Positions 1-10,490 of a stretch of 64,000 bases of DNA are shown in pieces. The notes under the pieces were generated by a model. It had not been told where the DNA came from and did no database searches. It saw only the letters and a program-made list of their open reading frames with translations. The position numbers were made by a program, and so were the translations under genes. The DNA is taken from positions 186,001 through 250,000 of the forward strand of contig JAXLNO010001453.1 in the NCBI GenBank assembly GCA_038087875.1, written 5' to 3'. Numbering within the stretch: position 1 is the stretch's first letter; each line of letters begins with the position of its first letter. The DNA comes from Malacoraja senta. Lineage: Eukaryota.

Positions 1-235
1 TTGTGCGTGACATTCGTTATTGGTAACAACGTTTATTTTTTTAATGTTTTCATGTCCTTCAAGAGAGAATTGCAAATCTGTAGATTGATGATGCATGTGA
101 ACCAATCACACTCAGCCAGCATCACTAACTCCACCCCACTATAACACTTATACTAAGGCCTATTCCCAGCACCGTCAGTCTGAGCAGCTAGGATGAAGTG
201 ACTACACCTTGTCTTTAAATGCTGCCAAGTTACAG

Positions 236-910
236 TGCTGATTATATATGTGTTTAAATCATATACTCTCAGGTGTCTGTCTACATGGTGTCAGAAGTGG
301 CATTAATCCCAAAGAACTGAACACTGCCATTAAGCGCCCACACCATCCCACGAAGACAGTAGAGAATGTTGCGGCACAGATCGGAACGGTCACCCTATTT
401 TCTGTCCGAGATGCAAAGAAACGGTCATACGACAGATCCAGCAGACCACTCCAGCCTCTACTGCCGGGCCAGGTCGTCCGTCTATGAACTTCAACTGGAC
501 ATTCTCGTCTGGGCACTGTTGTACGCCCGACTGATGAGCCGCGATCGTACCTTGTGGACTGTGAGGGAGCGGTATACCGGAGAAGTCGACAACACCTGCT
601 TGCTGTGAAGGAGCCCCGACCACCGCCTGCTGATCTCTATGCTCCGCCGCTCCAGTTCCAGCCGCCTTTCGCAATGTCTCACGCCCGTGGCCGCATGCCT
701 TGCACCCCCCCCTCCCACGTCCCTCGGTCTCCACTAACCACGGGGTTACACATACCGCATGTTTCCCCTCTCGGTCACCACAAGCCTCTCGCGTGCGATT
801 TTCACCTTCAGCCTCTCCGCCTAATCCTTCAGTGGAGGGAGGGGATGGTTGGGTCTGATGCTGATTAAAGATGTGTTTAAATTATATACTGTCTCAGGTG
901 TTTGCCTACA
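236..910 (+). mobile_element. Internally deleted Gypsy/Ty3 LTR retrotransposon remnant (LTR end, PBS, RT fragment, integrase C-terminus, PPT, short 3' LTR)
   Basis: Direct repeat 236-285 / 859-910, both ending in ...CTACA. PBS TGGTGTCAGAAGTGG at 286-300 is complementary to a tRNA-Leu 3' end. INPKELNTAIKRPHHPTKTVENVAAQ...FSVRDAK is Gypsy RT-like. KRSYDRSSRPLQPLLPGQVVRL*...EPRSYLVDCEGAVYRRSRQHLL is a Gypsy integrase C-terminus. Purine tract 834-845 is followed by TG. Confidence 0.85.
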
Positions 911-930
911 AAACCGAAGCGGTCGGGTTA

Positions 931-1104
931 AACATAGAAACATAGAAACATAGAAAATATGTGCAGGAATAGGCCATTCTGTCCTTCGAGCCCGCAACGC
1001 CATTCAATATGATCATGGCTGATCATCCAACTCAGTATCCTGTACCTGCTTTCTCTCCATACCCCCTGATCCCATTAGCCACAAGTGCCACATCTAACTC
1101 CCTC
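931..1104 (-). mobile_element. CR1 LINE 3' end with (GAAACATA)n tail
   Basis: aacatagaaacatagaaacatagaaa followed by the reverse complement of the CR1 3' UTR, whose sense version is at 32450-32557. Paralog at about 22792-22967. Confidence 0.9.
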
Positions 1105-2354
1105 TAACTAAATGTTGTGGCCTAGCATATCGGGTCCACAAATCAAGGAGGCACAAGGGAAGATACAAAACAAAATACACAAGGTATGCGTAGTCCTTGC
1201 CATCAGTAAATGTCGTTTGGGATGTAAATGGCCATCGGGATGTTCCCGTTTTCAGTTTTAGAGATACAGCACAGAAACAGGCCCCTCGGCCCACCAATTT
1301 CACGTTGACCAGCGATCCCCGTACACTAACACTATGCTACACATTGGGCACTTTAGTTTCATTCTTGGAACACAGATTCTTGGATTCATGGAACACATCG
1401 CAGAACAGCTTATATTGACGTCGCAACACGTCTCATGCTTCCAGAAACCCACTGCACCGACGAGGTCCTCTCTCCAGCAGCCGGGCTCCTTACCGGCCCT
1501 ATGTCGGCCTTCTCCCATTGTGGGCGGGCGAACCGGGACTTCCGGCTGAGTGCCCGCGCGAGGCGCTTGTTCTCCGTCCTCGGTCTGCGGCGGGCGAACC
1601 AGGCATACCGGGCTGGTCCTCAGTAATTGGCGATTGAGGTCTCGCCTAGCGAGCGATACTCTGTCCGCGTTGAGCTGCCTACTGCTGGGTGTGGCCGCGG
1701 CTAGATCACATCTGGCCGCGCTTTGGCCACATTCGAGACACATGCAGGTTTGCCGTTTAATTGGTCTCTATAATTGTTCCTGTGTGCAGGAGAGAGGCTG
1801 TGTGCGGTTACTTGCTGGTCGGCGTGGACGTGATGGAGCGAAGGGACTGTTTTCACTCTGTAAACTAAACTAAAGAAAACTCAAGCAATGTCTTATAGTT
1901 CACTCTATAATTCGCTCTCTTCAGAAACGGCACGAAGTTAGATTGTTTTCCTTTCAATGCTACATTATCGTGTAACTGAAATGTAACTAGCAGATGAAAG
2001 TGTTTTCACCGGAAGTAAAGATAATGAAATGTTTCTGGCTTCTTCTTCGTATTTCTTTATTCTTCCAAGTACTTTTTAGATAGAGAGAACAAAAGATGCA
2101 AAACTCTTTCGGAGACATAAAAATCAGCGAGATTGATTCGAATTGATCGGAGAGCACCTTGGTTCGCATTGAATAATTAAAATTGTTGAAACAGAATCTC
2201 TTGTTTGTTTCATATTGCTCATGTTGACAGTTGTTCAAAGAAGAAGAAAGATTCACCTGGTTAACTTGGTCAACACATTCCTATGTATTCATAATTTGAG
2301 TGTTTAGTAATAAATTGATCTTTGGCTAAATCGACTAAACCTGTTGTTTTTATT

Positions 2355-2456
2355 GGGGGTACACAAAAAAATGCTGGAGAAACTCAGCGGGTGCAGCAGC
2401 ATCTATGGAGCGAAGGAAATAGGTAACGTTTCGGGCCGAAACCCTTCTTCAGACCA
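2355..2456 (-). mobile_element. Penelope-like LTR fragment containing a minimal hammerhead ribozyme, 13-bp TSD
   Basis: TGTTGTTTTTATT at 2342-2354 and 2457-2469; single empty site at 24221-24233 in the paralog. The minus strand reads GGT-CTGAAGA-AGGGTTTCGGCCC-GAAACGTT-ACC, matching the hammerhead core CUGAnGA / stem II / GAAA / NUH. Confidence 0.8.
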
Positions 2457-3879
2457 TGTTGTTTTTATTCCTGTATTGAAAGAAGTTGCGCAACTTCTGG
2501 GGGCAGATAAATCTTCGGTAACCCGTCATGGTCAATGTGTATCTGCAACATCAGAGGTGCAGCTGTAGAAACGCTGCAGAATATGACAGTGCCCCAATCC
2601 CTTAATTCATCGAATCTGCTTTTTAACATTAGGAGCGAACTCTCTCTTGAATACATTAATTTTATTTTATTGCTAATATTATGCCATCTCCGGTCTGTCA
2701 CCAATCAAATACACTTTACTGATTGCACTTGGCGAATTCTATTTTGAAGAAAAATAAACAGCCTTTATCATTAACCTTCTTTTTCGCCTTCTAACTGCTG
2801 CCTTGCCGCTGGAGATTTCTTTTATTTTCTGTGCAATTGTACATTTTCAGTATCTGCGGTATTTTGTATTTTATTAAACTACGCCATATTGCAGCTGGTC
2901 CAAATTCGGCGCATCTTCTGCTGCATATGCCATACATGCAGGGTACAGCCATTGCCTAAAAATTAAAAAAAAAACTTCGTTTAACAGCAGGCACAATCAC
3001 TGTTCATAATCACTGCACCTCTTCGGACTTCCTGTGGCCATTGCGAAAATAATACCAAACTTCCTAAACCTGGACCAGACTCTGTCTGTTTTGGAACGTT
3101 GAAAATATTTTGTAGCGTGCTATCCAGTCAGCAGAAAGACAATACTTGATTGTAATGGAGCCATTTGTAGTATTATAGATACATGATAATGGCACAACGT
3201 TTAATGCAAGGTGAAGCCAGCATAGCCCAATCATACATAGTGCTAGGGTCAGCATTTAGGTAGATCAGTTGAGGAACAGATTTTTAGTCACAATGTCTGT
3301 GTCGACCTGATACCAAGAGCAGCTCCGATCTACCTGCGCGTTACCGATATCCCTCCATTCCCTGCAGATTCATATCTCCATCCAAATCTATTTTAAATTC
3401 CACTATCGTATCCGCCTTAACCATCAGCCCTGGCAGCGCCTTACATGCACTCGCCGCACTTTGTGTAAAACATTGCGCCGCACATGTTCGTTAAATTCTG
3501 CCCTTCGTACCATAAAGCTGTGACCTCTTGTATATAATGTTTTCCATTCTGGGAAAATCAAAGTTCCGGCAGTCTACCGGGTCTCATAAGTTTACATAAC
3601 TCGACCAGGTCTCCCCGCAATCTCCGACGTTCCAGAGGGATACAAATCCAAATATGACCAATCTCTCCCTGTACCTAATACCCGCCAATCCAGCCACCGT
3701 GCGCAACTGAGCAACTGCGGCTGTGAAACACGCTGTTCTTATTACGTTTCTTCATCTTGCTGAATTGACAAAGTCATTCACTAATGGCTTTGCTGCCGGT
3801 CACCAGTTTCTGCAGCGTGCTAGTTTAGTTAGTTTACATTAGTTTGGTGTAGTTAAAGTAAACTAAACAAATACAAGTA

Positions 3880-4655
3880 TAAATACAAAGGAGGTTAGTA
3901 AAAGCTTCTTTAGGTATGTGATGAGGAAAAAATAGTTAAGACCATAGTTGGACCCTTGAAGACTGAACAGGGTCAATTTATTGCGGGGTACAAGGAAATG
4001 GCAAATGAGTTGGACAGGTACTTTCGATCCGTCTTCACTAAGGAGGACAGAAACAATCTTCCAGATGTACTAGCCAGATGATCTGGGGTGACGGAGTAAC
4101 TGAAGGAAATCGACAATTGGCAGGAAATGGTGTTGGGTAGACTGATGCGATTGAAGGCTGATAAATCCCCAGCGCCTGATGATCTGCATCCCAGGGTAGA
4201 TAAGGAAGTGACTCTAGAAATCGTGGACGCATTGGTGATCATTTTCCAATGTTCTATAGATTCAGGATAAGTTCCTGTGGACTGGAGTGTAGCTGATGTT
4301 ATCGCACTTTTTAAGAAAGGCGGGAGAGAGAAAACAGTGAATTATAGATCAGTTAGCTTGAGATCGGTGGTAGGGAAGATGCTGGAGTCAACTATGTAAG
4401 ATGAAATGGCGGCTCATTTGGAGAGAAGCAACAGGATCGGTCCGAATCAGCATGGATTTACGAAGGGGAAATCATGCTTGACTAATCTTCTGGAATTTTT
4501 TGAGGATTTAACTAGGAGAATGGACAAGGGAGAGCCAGAGGATGAAGTGCACCTGGACATTCAGAAAGCATTTGATAAAGTCCCACATTGGAGATTAGTG
4601 GGAAAAATTAGGGCACATGGTATTGGGGGTAGAGTGCTGACATGGATAGCAAATT
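3880..4655 (+). mobile_element. Degenerate CR1 ORF2 fragment (RT region)
   Basis: QHGFTKGKSCLTNLLEFFE...DIQKAFDKVPH in ORF 4406-4672, with upstream stops and frameshifts. Paralog at about 25650-26420. Confidence 0.9.
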
Positions 4656-5510
4656 TGCTCATGTTACTTTGATTCCCTTCATCCAAATCATTTATGTATA
4701 TTGTAAATAGCTGCGGTCCCAGCACCGACCTTGCGGTACCCAACTTTTCACTGCCTGCCATTCCGAATGGGACCCGTTAATCCCTACTCTTTGTATCCTG
4801 TCTGCCAAACAATTTTCCATCCATGTCAGCGCTCTACCACCAATACCATGTGGCCTAATTTTGCCCACTAATCTCCTGTGGGACCTTATCAAATGCTTTC
4901 TGAATGACCAGGACACTACATCCACTGGCTCTCCCTTGTCCATTTTCCTACTTCCATCCTTAAAAAAATTCCAGAAGATTAGTCAAGCATGATTTCCCCT
5001 TCGTAATTCCATGCTGACTCGGACCGATCCTGTTACTGCTAACCAAATGTGCCGCTATTCTTTTATAATTGATTCCAGCATCTACCCAACCACCGATGTC
5101 AGGCAAACTGGTCTATAATTCCCTGTTTTCTCTCTGCCGCATTTCATAGAAAGTGGGATAACATTAGCTACCCTCCAATCCACAGGAACTGATCCTGAAT
5201 CTAGAGAACATTGGAAAATTAACACCAATTCATCCACAATTTCTAAGCCACTTCCTTAAGTACCCTGGGATGCAGACTATCAGGCCTCGGGGATTTATCA
5301 GCCTTCAGTCCCATCAGTCTACAGAACACCATTTCATGCTTAATGTGGATTTCCTTCAGTTCATTTGTCACCCCAGATCCCCTGGCCACATCAAGAACAT
5401 TGTTTGTGTCCTCCATAGTGAAGACGGATCCAAAGTACCTTTTCAACCCATCTGCCATTTCCTTGTTCCCAATAATAAATTCACTTTTTTCAATCTTCAT
5501 GGTCCAATCT
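4656..5510 (-). mobile_element. Degenerate CR1 ORF2 fragment, inverted relative to its neighbour
   Basis: Minus-strand ORFs encode VLGPQLFTIYINDLDEG and GLKADKSPRPDSLHPRVLKEVA. Paralog at about 26420-27257. Confidence 0.9.
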
Positions 5511-7342
5511 TCAAGGATGTAGTTTAGGCAGGTATTGTCGCAACGTTTAAGAAATATTGCGACAGGTACATAGATAAGATATGTTAAGAGGAATATGGGC
5601 CATTCGTATGCAGGTGGGTGTGCAGATGGGATACGTTGGTCATCGCGGGCAGTATGGGCCGGAGGACTATGTTTCACGCTGTATTACACTAGAACTCTAT
5701 GCCAAGATCGAAGAACAAATCACCTTCCGCTTGTGCAAGCCACACGTTTCTGGAGTTAACATCCGAGTCTTCAACGTTACTATATCTCTCTTCCTCCTCA
5801 TTTGGAAGAAAATTCGGCATATCGACGACTGTCTTGATTATATTGCCTCTCGTGATAACGTTCAAAACTTGAAATGTCTATTAACAACATCGTTCGCTCC
5901 AGAGAAATAAAATATCCTGACCTATACAGTCTCTCTCGGAATCGAACGTCTCCAGTCCTGGCAAAAACGTTTTCATTAATACTCTGCCACTCCCCACATT
6001 AATGGTATCAATGCTAACATATTGCGATCTGAAGAACATCGCACGTGCTGTCTCGCCAACGTCCTATACCAGATGTTTGAACTCCACTTATACCCAACTG
6101 CGTGGGACTCCCGCAGTGAAATAAGGCCACACCTCATGCTGGCTGGGGGAAGAAAAAATCCTACCATCCACATTCAAATTTACTCGCATTGGTTGTAAGC
6201 AGATTGTTCATGAACAAGATGGAGAAATGGCCCTCTTTCCGTGCTGTGTAACATGCAACTACCACTTACAGTGAGAGTTCGTTCAATATACCTGCCCCGC
6301 CCACGAGGAAGAGTTGACGCTGCGTCCCTTTAAATATTTACCGTCTCATTTGGTACTTTTGCCCTCTTTTAGAGACGTATATCCGATGAACAAAATAATA
6401 TACCTCCACTGATCATCACCGTGTCTTATTTTAACCCTCCATAACTCCTCATTCTTTTGTTCGCTGCAGAGGGAAAACGCTTCTGCATTATCCTGTCCAT
6501 CTTACAATTCACTCCGCCCAACATTAGTACCAGTATTGTGAATAGAGTTGTATACTCCTTAGTTTAAATGGATCCTTAATGAATTATTTCGAAAAATAAT
6601 ATCCCTCCTCCTGTGCTTTACTGCTCTGTGAAGTTTTTTTTCTGTGAATTGCTTAGTTTGAGTGCACAAAATATGACACTTCTTTCTTAGGTCACGACTT
6701 TCTTCAGAATGATCTGTTCCCAAACATGTACCGCCGGTCAGACTCCCCTTAACCGATTCAGTCGGCTCTATCATCTTGCCCATCAACATTCTTGATATCA
6801 CCAACGGATCAATGCATTGAGATTATTTCGCCCTAATATCTGAAACAACATCAAAATCAGTTCACCTCTCGTTTTATGAAATAACACATTACTTTCAAGA
6901 TAACCTGTAGATCAAGAACATTTCTTGTCGATATTTATTTCTGGTCAGTTTCCTCGTTACACATAATATTTGCTTATTATTTACTTCAAGAAATGCCAGC
7001 AGTTGAAAGATAGTAATGCTGCTGTTGTAGCTGAATTGTATAAGATGTCGTCTAGAAGGTTGCTGTGATTGACATCATTTGGACCCTGCCCAAGAATGAT
7101 TCCATTTTCTTTTGAAAATGAGCTGCACGGGGAATCCAGGATCAAATTATTAATGGGTGCATGTTAAGTGAATGGAACCGTCTCTGGAAAATGCATTACA
7201 AATGCTACAAATAAAATACTGTATAATATCGCAGCATATGTGGATAAATGGTATATGAGATGTATTTTGCTGCATTAAAAATTTTTCTTTTTGTATTTTT
7301 AAAATTGTGTTTAATATTAATTTTATTTTTAATGTATTTCCC

Positions 7343-10300
7343 CCTAGTCCCATCTACCTGCACTCAGACCATAACCCTTCATTCCTTTCCCGTCCATATA
7401 CCCATCCAATCTATTTTTAAAGGAATACATCGAACCTGCCTCAACCACTTCCACTGGAAGCTCATTCCACACAGCTACCAATCTATGAGTAAAGAAGTTC
7501 CCCCTAATGTTACCCCTAAGCTTCTGTCCCTTAATTCTCAAGTCATGTCCCAGGCAACATTCTAGTAAATCTCCTCTGTACTCTCTCTATTTTGTTGACA
7601 TCCTTCCTATAATTAGGCGACCAAAATTGTACTCCATACACCAGAATTGGCCTCACCAATGCCTTGTACAATTTTAACATTACATCCCAACTTCTATATT
7701 CAATGCTCTGATTTATAAAGGCCAGCACACCAAAAGCTTTCTTTACCACCTGAGATTCCACCTTCAGGGAACTATGCACAGTTATTCCTAGATCCCTCTG
7801 TTCAACTGCATTCTTCAATTCGCCACCATTTACCATGTACGTCCTATTTTGATTTGTCCTGCCGTGATGTAGCACCTCACATTTGTCAGCATTAAACTCC
7901 ATCTGCCATCTTTCAGCCCAGTCTTCCAAATGGCCTAAATCTCTCTGTAGACTTTGAAAATCTACTTCATTATCCACAACACCACCTATCTTAGTGTCAT
8001 CTGCATACTTACTAATCCAATTTTCCACACCATCATCCAGATCATTGATGTACATGACAAACAACAGTGGAGCCAACTCAGACCCCTGAGGCACCCCACT
8101 AGTCACCGGCCTCCAACCTGACAAACAGCCATCCACCATTACTCTCTGGCATATCCCATTCAGCCACTGTTGAATCCATCTTGCTACTCCACCATTAATA
8201 CCCAACAATTGAATCTTCTTAACCAACCTTCCATGAGGAACCTTGTCAAAGGCCTTACTGAAGTCCATATAGACAACATCCACTGCTTTACCCACATCAA
8301 TTTCCCGAGTAACCTCTTCGAAAAATTCAAGAACATTAGTCAAGCATGACCTGCCAGGCACAAATCCATGTTGACTGTTCCTAATCAGACCCTGGTTATC
8401 CAGATGCTTATATATATTATCTTTAAGTATCCTTTCCATTAATTTGCCCACCACTGACGTCAAACTAACAGGTCTATAATTGCTAGGTTTACTCTTCGAA
8501 CCCTTTTTAAACAACGGTACGCCAATCCTCCGGCACTTTTCCCGTTTCTAATGACATTTGAAATATTTCTGTCATAGCCCCTGCTATTTCTACACTAACT
8601 TCCCTCAATGTCCTAGGGAATATCCTGTAAGGACCTGGCGACTTATCCGTTTCCATATTTTTCAAAAGTGTCCGCACCTTCTCTTCTTTGAATCTCACAG
8701 TTTCCATTGCTACTCTGCTTGTTTCCCTTACCTCACATAATTCCATATCCTTCTCCTTGGTGAATACCGAAGAAAAGAAATTGTTGAATATCTCCCCCAT
8801 CTCTTTTGGCTCTGCAGATAGCTGTCCACTCTGACTCTCTAATGGACACATTTTATTCCTTATTATCCTTTTGCTATTAATATAGCTGTAGAAACCCTTT
8901 GGATTTACTTTCACCTTACTTGCCAAAGCAACCTCATATCTTCTTTTAGCTTTTCTAATTTCTTTCTTAATATACTTTTGACATTCTTTATACTCCCCAA
9001 GCACCTCCTTTACTCCATGCTGCCTATAATTATTGTAGATCTCTCTCTTTTTCCGAACCAAGTGTCCAATTTCCCTTGAAAACCATGGCTCTTTCCAATT
9101 TTTACTATTTCCTTTCAACCGAACAGGGACATAAAGATTCTGTACTCTTAAAATGTCACCCTTAAATGTCCTCCATTTCTAGTCTACATCCTTCCCATAA
9201 AACAACATGTCCCACTTCACTCGTTTTAAATCCTTTCGCATCTCCTCAAAGTTAGCCTTTCTCCAATCAAAAATCTCAGCCCTAGGCCCAGTTCTGACCC
9301 TCTCCATAGTTGTATTGAAACTAATGGTATTGTGATCACTGGACCCGAAGTGCTCCCCGACGCATACCTCCGCCACCTGCCCTGACTCATTTCCCAACAG
9401 GAGGTCGAGCACTGCCCCTTCTCTAGTAGGCACCTCTATGTATTGCTGCAAAAAACTATCCTGCACACATTTTACAAACTCCAAACCATCCAACCCTTTT
9501 ACAGAATGTGTTTCCCGGTCTATGTGTGGACAATTGAAATCTCCCACAATCACTACCTTGTGCTTACTACTAATATCTGCTATCTCCTTACATATTTGCT
9601 CTTCCAATTCTCGCTCCCCATTTGGCGGTCTATAATACACCCCTATAAGTGTTGCTACACCTTTCCCATTTCTCAGTTCCACCCAAATAGCCTCCCTAGA
9701 CGAGCCCTCTAATCTATCCTGCCAAAGCACTGCTGTAATAACTTCCTTGACAAGCAATGCAACACCCCCACCTCTTGCCCCTCCAATTCTATCACCCCTG
9801 AAGCAACGAAATCCTGGATTATTTAGTTTCCAATCACAACCCTCCTGCAACCATGTTTCACTGGTCGCCACAACATCATACTTCCAGGTGTCAATCTAGG
9901 CTCTAAGCTCATCCACCTTTCTTATAATGCTCCTAGCATTAAAATATACACATTTAAGAAACCCATCACCACTTATTCGCTGTTTATTATCTTTTTCTTC
10001 TTTGTCCCCTACATTTTGGGTCCGAGTGCTTCCCTTCTATGCCTCCTGCCTCCCACATTTTCCACTAGCTTTCTCTATTTGAGTCCCTCCCCCCAACCGT
10101 TCTAGTTTAAAGTCTCCCCAGTAGCCTTTGCAAATCTCCCCGCCAGGATATTGGTCCCCCTCGGGTTCAAGTGCAACCCGTCCTTTCTGTACAGGTCACA
10201 CCTTCCCCAAAAGAGGTCCCAATGATCCAGAAATTTGAATCCCTGCCCGATGCACCAGTTCCTCAACCACGCAATTATCCTCCACCTCATTCCATTCCTA

Positions 10301-10433
10301 CTCTCACCGTCGCTTGGCACAGGTATTAATCCTGAGATTGTTACCTTTGCGCTCCTTCACCTTAACTCTCATCCGAACTCCCTAAATTCTCCTTTCAAGA
10401 CATCTTCTCTTTTTCTACCTATGTCGTAACATA
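7343..10433 (-). mobile_element. CR1 LINE (3' part of esterase-type ORF1 plus disrupted EN-RT ORF2), occupying the place of GPCR exon 1
   Basis: ORF1 end ...WDLFWGRCDLYRKDGLHLNPRGTNILAGRFAKATGETLN* (10102-10320). EN motifs SETWL, GDFN and SDH (9179-9871). RT motifs QHGF..GRSC, GVPQGS and YADD (7543-8514). Confidence 0.95.
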
Positions 10434-10490
10434 TGTTATCACTAATTCTCACTGATTAAGGTATGTTCATTAGAAAGTCGTGTATCCAAT

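Noticed and set aside
286-304. tRNA gene at the tRNA-Leu-like sequence or at SINE heads
   Set aside because: Only an 18-19 nt complement (a PBS) or A/B boxes without a cloverleaf.
6559-6804. Minus-strand ORF repeated at 28327-28551 and 55647-55874
   Set aside because: Non-ATG starts, a frameshift in copy 3 and no recognisable domain.
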